DNA from: a virus
Reading direction: 5' to 3' (one strand)
Virus record (IMG/VR): IMGVR_UViG_3300022918_000001
Span: 1 to 64,000 of that record
Length of the DNA stretch: 64,000 bases
Shown: positions 17,542-27,391 of the stretch, in pieces
Layout: every line of letters begins with the position of its first letter
Position numbering within the stretch: the stretch's first letter is position 1
Notes under the pieces: generated by a model
What the model saw: the letters and a program-made list of their open reading frames with translations, nothing else
Told to the model about the DNA's origin: nothing
Databases searched by the model: none
Program-made: the position numbers and the translations under genes

Positions 17542-18231
17542 ATGATTTCAGTTAAAAGACTTTGGGACAGGCTTAGCGCACTTACAAAAACGGGAACGTC
17601 AGGTTATTTTACTGCCGAAGAGTTTAACAGTAACTTGTATTCGGTACAATATACCGTACTAGCTGTAGGGGCTGATGAATATGAAAACACACAGAAGGTT
17701 ACGGATGCTTTAATCAACCATATTAAGGTGTATGAGGGCATAACTAAAGCCGGAGGTAAACTATTCAATACAGATATTCTAACGGACGTAGAGGATTATT
17801 ACAGGACTCTAGCGGTAACCTACAAAACTGAAACGGATGAATTTCCTAGTAAAAAGATTTCTGTTGGAGAGGTTAGGATGTATATTACTAGCCCTATAAG
17901 GAGACCTAACTTATCTAAAGGAAGGACTCTTTATTACTTTACAGACAGCAATATATTTTTATTGCCAAGGTCACCTGACTTAGAAGTGGATTTAACATAC
18001 CTTAGAAAGCCTACAGAAGCTTTAATTGTATTTACTACAGAAGAGGACGAGGACAACGATTACTTGGTTGTAGACGAGGAAAACACGATTGACATTGACT
18101 TTCCAGAGGGTTTATTCAACCTTTTCGTATATTTAATGTTAGAGAGCATGGGAATTGAACAGAAAGAAGGATTGGCTTCGTCTTATGCGGAACTAGGAAT
18201 TAACAGAACAATACAAACCGATTTAAAATAA
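17542..18231 (+). CDS. hypothetical virion/connector-module protein
   Basis: First gene of the post-capsid structural operon. Its ATG is only 4 nt after the TACCTTTG -7 box. Confidence 0.6.
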   Translation: MISVKRLWDRLSALTKTGTSGYFTAEEFNSNLYSVQYTVLAVGADEYENTQKVTDALINHIKVYEGITKAGGKLFNTDILTDVEDYYRTLAVTYKTETDEFPSKKISVGEVRMYITSPIRRPNLSKGRTLYYFTDSNIFLLPRSPDLEVDLTYLRKPTEALIVFTTEEDEDNDYLVVDEENTIDIDFPEGLFNLFVYLMLESMGIEQKEGLASSYAELGINRTIQTDLK

Positions 18232-18238
18232 AAACACT

Positions 18239-18445
18239 ATGACTATTCAAGAAAAACAAGCAGAAGTGGATGCTAAGATCATTAACCTGTATGCAGAAAA
18301 CATTCAATTGATTCCTAAAAACGAGTTAAGCCCTGTAGAAGGTGCCGGAGCGGTAGAAGGATTTATCTCTAAAGAGTTTAAAACTATCTTCGGTACACGT
18401 ACAGATAAAAGGGGAAGAACAATTTACGTAGGTACAAAAGGATAA
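18239..18445 (+). CDS. hypothetical protein
   Basis: 68-aa ORF in the structural operon. Confidence 0.5.
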   Translation: MTIQEKQAEVDAKIINLYAENIQLIPKNELSPVEGAGAVEGFISKEFKTIFGTRTDKRGRTIYVGTKG

Positions 18446-18449
18446 TACG

Positions 18450-19076
18450 ATGACCAAAGGCATAGCGATTGAGACGGTTATATTGAGAATAGGTGGAGGC
18501 GTATTAAACACCGAAATGAGTGTGGAGCGTGTTGATGTGGAAGCCTTATTACCTGCTGCTGTAAACTACGCACTTACTGCCGGAAGAAATATAGCTTTAT
18601 CTCAAGAGGGAAACAGAGATTTACCTTCTATGTTCTACGGTACTTTTGAAAACATTGACATTGACAGAAGCGGGAGTGTAGCGAGAATTACACTCCCTAA
18701 AGGATATGTAGGGTTGTATGGTAATGAAGGCATAAGAAGTGTATTTGATAACTGCGGAAACTACTACTCGCCTTTAATGGATGCTGACAGGAGATTAATT
18801 AAATACTACAAAGATAAATTCATTGGACAGGGGTTTTATTATCCATTAGGTCAGTCAGGCATTGAGGTTTACCCAACTAATGAGCTTTCAGAGAAGTTAA
18901 ACGGAGAGTATATTGTAAGGTGTGAGGACTTGCTTGACGGTGATGAATTGCCTTTACCTGCATCTACAGAAAAGATAGCATTAGATATATTGGTAGAATG
19001 GTTTACAGACCAAAGGTCACGTCCTGCAATGCTTCAAAACGTAAAATCAGATATTAACACAGTTAAAACCGCATAA
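18450..19076 (+). CDS. hypothetical virion protein
   Basis: 208-aa ORF in the structural operon. Confidence 0.6.
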   Translation: MTKGIAIETVILRIGGGVLNTEMSVERVDVEALLPAAVNYALTAGRNIALSQEGNRDLPSMFYGTFENIDIDRSGSVARITLPKGYVGLYGNEGIRSVFDNCGNYYSPLMDADRRLIKYYKDKFIGQGFYYPLGQSGIEVYPTNELSEKLNGEYIVRCEDLLDGDELPLPASTEKIALDILVEWFTDQRSRPAMLQNVKSDINTVKTA

Positions 19077-19078
19077 TC

Positions 19079-19825
19079 ATGAGTAAGGCACTAATACCTA
19101 TTAAAACAATTGCTTCGTCAATTTCAGCAGGGCTTTCGGATTCAACAGGTAAATTTGAGTTTACTATACTACGTCATCTATTAAGCGGTTGGAGGGAATT
19201 AAATCTATTCCTTAATCAGGAGTTTGATATAAAGACAGCCGTTTTATCTGCGGATAACGTCGTGTGCCTACCTGAAAATTTCGTCTTTGAGACTAAAGTA
19301 GGAATCCTTCATAACGGTCATTTAGCTGTCCTTAGTTTAGATAAAAGCGTACAGAGGGAGAAACTTAACCAGAGCCAATCTCAAGAGCGTGTAGCGTCTA
19401 TATTTGCAGGAGAATACACCGGAGATATGTTTCCTTTCTACAATGTATTTCGTAATGGCAACTTCTTAGGAGAGATGTATGGTTGGGGCAGAGGTGTTCA
19501 TTGTGCCGGATATTACAACATCGATAAGAAAACCGGAGAGATTTACATTGGTAGTTTAGTCCCGGAAGGAGCAGAGATTGTTATTGAATACAAGTCTGAT
19601 GGCATCTCTGATGGATTGAAATTAGTTCCTTCGGAAGCGGAGATGTGTTTGAGCTATTGGGCTAAAGCAAGATTCTATGAAGAGCGTAGAGACTTTCAAG
19701 CGGCAGAATGGAACAACAGGGAATATGAGAAGCATTACAACAAGCTAAAACGCCTTTATAACTTCCAAAATGCGCTGTATGCGAGTGCTGAACTGAACAA
19801 GTCTTTCAGCGTCACTAATTATTAG
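19079..19825 (+). CDS. hypothetical virion protein (tail tubular A-like position)
   Basis: 248-aa ORF immediately before the 1355-aa ORF. Assigned by synteny with the T7 gp11/gp12 order only. Confidence 0.55.
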   Translation: MSKALIPIKTIASSISAGLSDSTGKFEFTILRHLLSGWRELNLFLNQEFDIKTAVLSADNVVCLPENFVFETKVGILHNGHLAVLSLDKSVQREKLNQSQSQERVASIFAGEYTGDMFPFYNVFRNGNFLGEMYGWGRGVHCAGYYNIDKKTGEIYIGSLVPEGAEIVIEYKSDGISDGLKLVPSEAEMCLSYWAKARFYEERRDFQAAEWNNREYEKHYNKLKRLYNFQNALYASAELNKSFSVTNY

Positions 19826-19836
19826 GTAGTTATCTA

Positions 19837-19844
19837 TATCTTTG
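19837..19844 (+). promoter_or_regulatory. -7 box TATCTTTG
   Basis: Matches TAnnTTTG, 22 nt before ATG 19867. No -33 TTG found. Confidence 0.35.
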
Positions 19845-19866
19845 AGGTATATTTAATCAACTAGAT

Positions 19867-22800
19867 ATGCCTTCAAAATTAAAACAAGTAGCTACACATA
19901 CCTTTACTGATGGAATTACCACCTCTTTAGCGAGGGAGGTTATACCTAATACATTTGCTGAATACATCTTAAACTGCAATGTGTTATCACAGGGAGCAGG
20001 GAATGTGGGTATCATTACAAATGTCAAAGGGAATACTTTAGTAGACTTCGATCTTCCTGCCGGACAAAACACTGTCATTGGAACCGCTAAAGACGAAGAG
20101 AACAACAACTTTTACTATTTCCTATACAACTCGACAGGTCTTCATGGCATATATAAGTTTAACGGATTAACTAAAAGCATCAGCCGGATACTACAAAACC
20201 TTACAGATACAGGAAATATAGATATTATGAACCTTAATCCTGACTATTTAATTCTGCATGCGGATGTGATAGATGGGAAGGAGTTACATTGGGTTGATGG
20301 GTTAAATAACGCACGTAAGACGAACTTAAATAAGTTGGTGGATAAATCATCCAACGGATACGGGTCAATCGTTCTACAGAGCTATATTGATGCTTATAAG
20401 CAAACCGCTAGGTTCGCTCCTACAGTAAAATACATTTCAGATATTTCCAAGCCTTTTAACAGGCTGTATGGAGCACTTTATAAGTTCGCTGTACGTTTTT
20501 ATTATGTAGATGGAGAGAAGAGTACATTTAGTGATTTCAGCAATGTACCTTTGCCTAGTTTCGAGCCTTTTACAGGAGTTAATGTTATTCCCACAGCAAA
20601 CAACGCTATTGAAGTTAGCTTTCCTACAGGTAGCCATGAGGTTATTCAGATTGAGGTTGCTATGCAGAGTACAACCGGAGAGGTAAATGATGAAGGGTTG
20701 TTGCCTTGGAAGTCTGTAGCGATTATAGATAAGAGAAGATTAAACCTTTCTGACGAATCACAATACACATATACTTTTTATAATGAGGGAAATTATTCGG
20801 TTTTAGACATCAATCAAGTATTGTTGCCGTATTCGTTTATGTTTAAGAGGCCGTTATGCCAATCGTTTGTAAAGAATGCTATGACTCAAAGTAACGGATA
20901 CGAGGGATTTGAGGTTGTTCAGGTATTGGCAGATATTGTTGTTACGTATGAAGATTTGTATTTAGAAGATGGTGTGGAGAATGACTTCAACGAGCCTTAT
21001 TTCAATTTGAGCTTTCCCCCTAACAGTGGTGACTACATGAGTTCTGGTTTGGTTACGGACTATAATGGTGTTGTATCTTTAGTGGGTTTGGAACAAAATG
21101 GAATATGGGGGCCACGTAGATTTAATAGGATGACGTTGACAATAGGTTCTGATGTAAAAAAAGGAAATACCTTCGTATTAACTATCACAAATGGTGCCTC
21201 TGATTATTTCACCTTCTCATATACAGCTAAAAACACTGATAGTTCGCTTACTATTGCTAATAAGTTTACTCAATTCTTAACTGCTACAGGGAGAATATTC
21301 AGATTAACACCGGAACTTCCTGATTCTAACATATACAATCAAACAAATGATGCGGGTAATATTAGTTTCACCTTTATTTTTATGTCAGAAAGGAAAGAGG
21401 ATTACAATGGAGGTAGTGCCTCTGTAAATCCTGTTCAATTTAACACGTTAAAAGACACCGGAGAATCTATCAGCAACCAAAAATTAGGTGGTAGTGAAAA
21501 GTTCGCTTTTGAATACGAGGATTTTGATGGACGTAAGAGCTTAGGTTATACTAATGATGACCTTATCGTAGGGTACAAGACAATAAATGAGCTAGACGGC
21601 TTTAAAGTTGTTGTGAGAACATTTACTATCCGTCATACACCTCCGATATGGGCTAAGTACTGGCAGCTCCTTAGATCTTCTGATTTAACGTATGGAGACT
21701 ATATCCAACTTCTTATTCAAAAAGTTGTTCCGGTTAATGAAGATGATGCGCAGGAGTTTTTAGACTTGGTTGTTGGAAGTTTGTTTACATACCAAAAGAT
21801 TCACCCTAATACCTCTCTTGTTTATGAGTTTACAAAAGGAGATAGGATACGGTTGATTAAAAATGCGGATACCCAAGATTACTACGACTTCTTTGAGACA
21901 GAGATTGTCGCCTACAATACTGGCATTACAGAGAATATTACTGATAACTTAACTACTAATGGAAGTGCTACGGTTACTGTGACGACTAGTAATATTGGAA
22001 ACGTAGGAAAAATTATTCTTGTTGACGGGAATGAAAGGGAGATTATAGATGCCCCAAGTGGTACAACTTACCTCCTAAATAACGTTATTGGGGACAGTAC
22101 TGCAAAAACATACCTTCATTATGAATTGATTGACCGTAGAGGCACTATAAGGATTCGTAAGCCTGCTACTATTACAATTGCGGACAACTCCATTGTAGAG
22201 CTTTATAAGCCATCAGGATTGATTAATCCATTAGGGTCTAAACAGTTTTATGAGTTCGGTAAAAAATTCAATATTATAAATGCCGGAACAGAAAATGCTT
22301 ATCATGGTGGAGATGTAGATCAAACTGATACTACTCCCGCTATTGTGAGGGTAGATGAAGGAACTGCTTACGTAAGAAACAGAGAGATGCCCATTAACAA
22401 TTCATTTCCCGGCACACAACTTATTATTGATGGTGTTGAAGATCCGCAATTCTCTGACTTCTATTCTAGTTTGTACAATGATAATGGAAGGGTAAATGCA
22501 GAAGATACAGGTGTTGGAGAGGTTCACTTTGGCAGCAGAACTAGGTTTAGTCAAAACTACATTGAGGATACTAGGATTAACGGACTTAACATTTACTCTA
22601 ATTTGGATCGGGTAGATAACAACGATCAGTACGGAGATATAATGCTGACTAAGTTTGATGCTAATCGGTTATATGTATTTAAGGAACTTAAAACGGGTAT
22701 CATTCCTGTAGATGAAAGGATAACTCAAGATAATAACGGACTGGCTTTAAATGTGAGTTCTGCCAAGTTGTTAAACCCGATGCAGTATTTTGCTTGGGAG

Positions 22801-23934
22801 GGAGGAATTGGTAATGTACCAGAGAGTTATACTAGTAATGCCACACAAAAATACTTTGTAAGCCCTAATTCAGGTGTGATTATAAGAATAGGAGGTAATG
22901 GAGAAGAGCCAATCAGTAAAACTTATGGGTTAGACAATAAAGCAAAAGAGCTAATTAGTGAAGCAGTAAACAATAAAGCGAGAATATTTGGTGGTTTTGA
23001 TAGGTTAAATGGAGTCTATATAATCACAATTGAGGGATACAACAAGTATATTTATTTTGATGGGTTTACGGGATGGGTCGTTGATGGGAGTTCTTTACCA
23101 AGTAACACTATGTTTGAGATTGTAACTGCTCCTACTCATGGAACAACAAGTGTAAGTGGCATAGAGATTACTTACGAGCCTACTACGGACTATATCGGAA
23201 CAGATAGCTTTACATACAGAGCTTTTATAGGGGGCGCATGGAGTCAGCCTAAGACGGTATGTTTAACTATTGTAGACACCCCTGCAACTACAGCATGGAG
23301 ACAAAGATTGTCTGATTCAGAATGCGAGATAGTAGAAGGAACACCAACAGGCATGAGGAAATTTATTACTTTAGAACAGTATAAGCCTTACGACAACACA
23401 TTGACAGGAGAAACCAAGCCTAATAGCCCTAGTGATCCAGATTACGTACCTCCTGTTTATGATCCTGCATGCGATGTACCCGAGCCTCCTGTATGTCCTG
23501 ATAGGGTACTTGTTTTCCAGATATGTAATTCAAATTCTGTAATTGATGATAACTTCGATATATTCCTGAACGACGTTTATATTGGAGCGGTAGACTTAAA
23601 TCAGAATGCTCAGATAGGAAGTGTCTTTATAGGCTCATTAAGTACGCCAGATATTGTGTCTTCTGACTTTGTTTGTCCTTTAGAGGATATGGTAACTTAT
23701 TATTTTGATCCTGCTCTTTTAATTGGTGGCATAAACAACATTAAAATGGTAAATACACAAAATAACGGAAGTGGAAATGCCGGAGATGTAGGGGTTAGAA
23801 ACTATCTTATTACAGGAGATGATCTAAGTGCTCCATGTGTTGTTGCTGACTTAGCGTATTCAGGATCTAGTGGTAGTAATTTTGAATTAGAATTTAATTA
23901 TACAGAATGTTGTCCAGAAGATGAAGGAAGTTAA
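19867..23934 (+). CDS. large tail/nozzle-size structural protein with cadherin/Ig-like domain
   Basis: 1355 aa. The segment EIVTAPTHGTTSVSGIEITYEPTTDYIGTDSFTYRAF...TVCLTIV (about nt 23113-23277) matches the bacterial Ig/cadherin-like pattern P.HG....i.Y.P...y.G.DsF.Y. A TATCTTTG box lies 22 nt upstream. Confidence 0.6.
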   Translation: MPSKLKQVATHTFTDGITTSLAREVIPNTFAEYILNCNVLSQGAGNVGIITNVKGNTLVDFDLPAGQNTVIGTAKDEENNNFYYFLYNSTGLHGIYKFNGLTKSISRILQNLTDTGNIDIMNLNPDYLILHADVIDGKELHWVDGLNNARKTNLNKLVDKSSNGYGSIVLQSYIDAYKQTARFAPTVKYISDISKPFNRLYGALYKFAVRFYYVDGEKSTFSDFSNVPLPSFEPFTGVNVIPTANNAIEVSFPTGSHEVIQIEVAMQSTTGEVNDEGLLPWKSVAIIDKRRLNLSDESQYTYTFYNEGNYSVLDINQVLLPYSFMFKRPLCQSFVKNAMTQSNGYEGFEVVQVLADIVVTYEDLYLEDGVENDFNEPYFNLSFPPNSGDYMSSGLVTDYNGVVSLVGLEQNGIWGPRRFNRMTLTIGSDVKKGNTFVLTITNGASDYFTFSYTAKNTDSSLTIANKFTQFLTATGRIFRLTPELPDSNIYNQTNDAGNISFTFIFMSERKEDYNGGSASVNPVQFNTLKDTGESISNQKLGGSEKFAFEYEDFDGRKSLGYTNDDLIVGYKTINELDGFKVVVRTFTIRHTPPIWAKYWQLLRSSDLTYGDYIQLLIQKVVPVNEDDAQEFLDLVVGSLFTYQKIHPNTSLVYEFTKGDRIRLIKNADTQDYYDFFETEIVAYNTGITENITDNLTTNGSATVTVTTSNIGNVGKIILVDGNEREIIDAPSGTTYLLNNVIGDSTAKTYLHYELIDRRGTIRIRKPATITIADNSIVELYKPSGLINPLGSKQFYEFGKKFNIINAGTENAYHGGDVDQTDTTPAIVRVDEGTAYVRNREMPINNSFPGTQLIIDGVEDPQFSDFYSSLYNDNGRVNAEDTGVGEVHFGSRTRFSQNYIEDTRINGLNIYSNLDRVDNNDQYGDIMLTKFDANRLYVFKELKTGIIPVDERITQDNNGLALNVSSAKLLNPMQYFAWEGGIGNVPESYTSNATQKYFVSPNSGVIIRIGGNGEEPISKTYGLDNKAKELISEAVNNKARIFGGFDRLNGVYIITIEGYNKYIYFDGFTGWVVDGSSLPSNTMFEIVTAPTHGTTSVSGIEITYEPTTDYIGTDSFTYRAFIGGAWSQPKTVCLTIVDTPATTAWRQRLSDSECEIVEGTPTGMRKFITLEQYKPYDNTLTGETKPNSPSDPDYVPPVYDPACDVPEPPVCPDRVLVFQICNSNSVIDDNFDIFLNDVYIGAVDLNQNAQIGSVFIGSLSTPDIVSSDFVCPLEDMVTYYFDPALLIGGINNIKMVNTQNNGSGNAGDVGVRNYLITGDDLSAPCVVADLAYSGSSGSNFELEFNYTECCPEDEGS

Positions 23935-24088
23935 AAAGATCAGGGTTGAACCAAGAGGGTTAGGCGATACTGTCGCGAACCTTACTTTTGTTAAGGGAGT
24001 AAGTAAGATTCTAAATTTAGAAGATTGCGGAGGCTGTAAAAAGCGTCAGGAATTGTTAAATAAAATAATGCCTTATAAAAATAAATAG
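23921..24088 (+). CDS. small conserved phage protein (55 aa, GLGDT...CGGCKKRQE motif)
   Basis: Hand-translated MKEVKKIRVEPRGLGDTVANLTFVKGVSKILNLEDCGGCKKRQELLNKIMPYKNK. Fills the 23935-24088 gap and abuts the next ATG. The GLGDT...C.GC..R...LN pattern recurs in small phage proteins. Confidence 0.5.
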   Translation: MKEVKKIRVEPRGLGDTVANLTFVKGVSKILNLEDCGGCKKRQELLNKIMPYKNK

Positions 24089-24988
24089 ATGGGACAATAT
24101 AGCATTTTAAAAAACACGTCATTGGTGGTAATTGCTACGGACGACTATGCGGATCAGGGATGGGAAGTGTCAGGAAATATCGCTTATCACAGTGGGTGTA
24201 ATTCAGGATACATTAAATCAACGCTAGACCTGTCTACGGCTTCCGTATGGACGTTTAAATATACTATCCTAGCGTTAGCGTCAGGAACGGTAAATATTGT
24301 CGTAGATGGAGTTAATGGAGTTAGCAGAACAGAAGCAGGAACTTACGAAGAGACGTTTACTGAAAACAATCCTAATACGGTCATTCAGTTTTATGCTACG
24401 GGAGTAAGTTCATTACAATTGCTACAGGTATATCCCGAAGCTAGTTTTGTCATTGGAACTACTTTAGCGTTTAATGAAGATGCTGATAAATGGGTTACTT
24501 ACTATTCTTATGTGCCGGAGTTTATGATGAAGTTTATTAATGGGTTCTTTACTTTTAGGGATGGTAGATTATGGGAGCATAATGTAAATGAGGTTCGGAA
24601 TAACTTTTATGGGGTTCAATACAACAGTGAGATTACGTTTTACTGCAATTTATCGCCCACAGAAGTTAAAAACTTTCATAGTATGAGGCAGAAATCAAAT
24701 CATGTATGGAGTGTACCTGATATAGAAGTCCCGCCTAGATACGGCAAACCTAACGGACAGAAATCACGTTTAAAGAAGGGAAGATTCAAAAGATTACAAG
24801 GGGATAATTTTGCAGACTTCCTTAGAGATATTAACGATGACAGGTTTGAAACAGATATTGATGCATTGATGCGAGGCGCAGAACTACAAGGAAATCTAAT
24901 GAAAATAACGATCAGAAATGCAGACACAGTCGAGACAAGGCTAACTTCAATCGATATAATTGTATCTTTGAGCCAATATACTTACTAA
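24089..24988 (+). CDS. hypothetical virion protein
   Basis: 299-aa ORF in the structural operon. Confidence 0.6.
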   Translation: MGQYSILKNTSLVVIATDDYADQGWEVSGNIAYHSGCNSGYIKSTLDLSTASVWTFKYTILALASGTVNIVVDGVNGVSRTEAGTYEETFTENNPNTVIQFYATGVSSLQLLQVYPEASFVIGTTLAFNEDADKWVTYYSYVPEFMMKFINGFFTFRDGRLWEHNVNEVRNNFYGVQYNSEITFYCNLSPTEVKNFHSMRQKSNHVWSVPDIEVPPRYGKPNGQKSRLKKGRFKRLQGDNFADFLRDINDDRFETDIDALMRGAELQGNLMKITIRNADTVETRLTSIDIIVSLSQYTY

Positions 24989-25012
24989 CAACAACCTAAA
25001 ACAATAAATAAT

Positions 25013-25651
25013 ATGGCAGCATTAGCAGCAGCAGGTATAGCAACTTCACTAGTTCCTGCTTTGTATAAAGGCATATCGGGTATATTCCAAAAGCGAAAAG
25101 CAAATAAAATAAACCCAACTGATCCGGGATATACTATGAACACCGGAGTTATTGATAACGCTAGGGTTTTAGCGGACAGAGCGGGTAATTACTCTATGCC
25201 GGGCTATAGTCAGGCTGTAGGTCAGATAGGTACAGCAGGGGCTACAGGATTCGCTAATGGCGTACAAGGTGCTAGTTCAGGTGGAGATGTATTAGACTTA
25301 GCTACAAAAATTGCTTATGGACAAAGCCAACAGCTAAACAATTTAGCTACACGGAATGCTGAAGGTGCTGATGCTGCTTTAATGCAGTCTTTAGGTGCGA
25401 ATGCTCAAGCAGGACAGGAATATCAAAATAAGAATGCTTATGACAGGGATATCTACCAACAGAAACTAAGGGAGAAAGCTGCTTTAACACAATCTGCAAA
25501 TGAGAATGTATACGGAGCGTTAGACCAAGCAGCTACCGTAGGAACAGCGTTACTAAACCCTAAAGCGGTAGCAGCAACCGGGCAACAATTAACCCCTCAA
25601 CAATTAGCGGCACAGCAAGCTTATTATAAAATGCTACAAGGAGGTATATAA
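25013..25651 (+). CDS. hypothetical internal-virion-size protein (A/G/Q-rich)
   Basis: 212 aa with a hydrophobic N-terminus MAALAAAGIATSLVPAL and an A/G/Q-rich body. Sits at the T7 gp14-like position. Confidence 0.5.
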   Translation: MAALAAAGIATSLVPALYKGISGIFQKRKANKINPTDPGYTMNTGVIDNARVLADRAGNYSMPGYSQAVGQIGTAGATGFANGVQGASSGGDVLDLATKIAYGQSQQLNNLATRNAEGADAALMQSLGANAQAGQEYQNKNAYDRDIYQQKLREKAALTQSANENVYGALDQAATVGTALLNPKAVAATGQQLTPQQLAAQQAYYKMLQGGI

Positions 25652-27243
25652 TGGCAACAGATTACAATTCAGTACCACTAGGACAAGCAGGAACAGGTTC
25701 AGCCTTCGTATTAGGACGCTCAACGGCCGCAGACAAGTTAGTCGACACATTAGACTACAATAGAAAAGTAGAGCAGCAGAACGCCTTATTACGTCAGCAA
25801 CAAGCACAACAACTTGCTCAATCATGGAAACAAAATGCTTTAAAGGTTGAGGGTGGTTTATATTGGAAGCCAGAGTTTGATAAAAGGTATCAGGGACATT
25901 TAGAGAAAGGTATTCAATTAAGGCAAATGGGTATTGACCCTTTTAACTACAATGCTAATAACCCACAGGAATCAGCTATTGCAGAGAATTACTTATTGGA
26001 GAGACAAGGCATACTAAGCGATACAGCTAACAGAAAGTCTACAGAGGCAGAGATTAAGAAGTCTTTTGATATGGTTCGTAAAGACCCGACTAAATACTAT
26101 GCTAGTGATGTTGCGAATCTTAATAAGTTTATAGAGACTCCGTATGCGGAAGCTATGAATATGCCTATTCCTACCTTGGAAGAAAGGTTTAACCCTAATA
26201 CGGTATTAGCTAAAGTATCTCCGGCACAAATAGGAAGTGAGCTTGTAGTTGGGAATAGGAGAATCAAATCTGTAAAAGCATTACCTGACCAAACTAGGAG
26301 TGCTATTGTAAGTGGTTATTCTAATGACCCAAGCACATCAAGATGGGTAAATGAGCTTACGGGTAATCAAGGATTCACTATTCCTGCGTTAGAGGCTATT
26401 CCTAATACACAGGAGGCAATTAAAAAGTCTGTTGAGGCTAGTTACAACGGCAATCCTAAATTACGTACAGAGCTTGCTTTACAAGGTATAACTCCTAACA
26501 GTGATAAATACAAAGAGTACGTTAACGGAGAAACTAAAAGGCTGTATGAAGCAAAGAGTAAATGGAACAATCAGATTCAGAGTGACCTTAATCAAGTTCT
26601 CCCTAAAGTAAAAGAGATGTCTTCGGTATTGCCGGATTATACTGCGGAAGATCAGGAAATGCAAAGAAGGAGATTGGCTATGGAGCAGGAGCGTTTAAGA
26701 TTAGCTAGAGATAAGAAATCAGGTGAAGACGAAGGAGTTCTTTACAGGCAAAAGACGGTAAATGACATGCTTAATGGTGTAGAGGGTTCAGGAGAGCGTT
26801 TTAAAGCTATTGTGGGAGCTATGCCGGGCTATGATAAACAGGAAGTAGATAACATGATCGGTTCTAAAGGAAACTTCTTAGAGATTCGTGTTCCTGCTAA
26901 GACTGTAGAATCGGCAGATGCGGAGGGTAAGGTTAGGATGAAGGTTATCCCTGAATACAAAGTTACTATTGACAAGCGCTCACCGGAAGGAAAGTTGAAG
27001 TTAAACCGATTGTTGAGCGATATTACCGGAGAGAACATATCCGAAAGTAAATTCCAGACAGGTAATGCCGCAGGTAAGGTCAAAGGTGCTATACAGACAG
27101 AACGTGAGAGACAAGCTGCCAAGCCAACTAAAACTGTCCCTATATCCAAGATAGAAGGACTAGTTGGTAAAAAAGGCTATGAAGGGTATACTAAGAAAGA
27201 GTTAATTGACTATTACAAATCACAAGGATATACAATAAAATAA
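25651..27243 (+). CDS. hypothetical internal-virion-size protein
   Basis: 530 aa. TAATG overlap with the upstream gene. T7 gp15-like position. Confidence 0.55.
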   Translation: MATDYNSVPLGQAGTGSAFVLGRSTAADKLVDTLDYNRKVEQQNALLRQQQAQQLAQSWKQNALKVEGGLYWKPEFDKRYQGHLEKGIQLRQMGIDPFNYNANNPQESAIAENYLLERQGILSDTANRKSTEAEIKKSFDMVRKDPTKYYASDVANLNKFIETPYAEAMNMPIPTLEERFNPNTVLAKVSPAQIGSELVVGNRRIKSVKALPDQTRSAIVSGYSNDPSTSRWVNELTGNQGFTIPALEAIPNTQEAIKKSVEASYNGNPKLRTELALQGITPNSDKYKEYVNGETKRLYEAKSKWNNQIQSDLNQVLPKVKEMSSVLPDYTAEDQEMQRRRLAMEQERLRLARDKKSGEDEGVLYRQKTVNDMLNGVEGSGERFKAIVGAMPGYDKQEVDNMIGSKGNFLEIRVPAKTVESADAEGKVRMKVIPEYKVTIDKRSPEGKLKLNRLLSDITGENISESKFQTGNAAGKVKGAIQTERERQAAKPTKTVPISKIEGLVGKKGYEGYTKKELIDYYKSQGYTIK

Positions 27244-27244
27244 G

Positions 27245-27391
27245 ATGGAAGAAGAAGATTTATTATTGCCACCACCACCAAAAAAGGCTTTAAAACAACA
27301 ATCAACACAGGAGGATGGATTACCCATACCTCCCAAAAAAAAATACAACCCTCTCTACATCTGGCACAAAGTCCTCAATTGGTTCAGGTAA
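27245..27391 (+). CDS. 48-codon leader ORF, possibly the true N-terminus of the giant protein
   Basis: ATG lies 1 nt after the upstream TAA. Encodes MEEEDLLLPPPPKKALKQQSTQEDGLPIPPKKKYNPLYIWHKVLNWFR. Its frame is offset by 1 nt from the 27315 ORF, and the two overlap at an A9 run. Confidence 0.4.
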   Translation: MEEEDLLLPPPPKKALKQQSTQEDGLPIPPKKKYNPLYIWHKVLNWFR

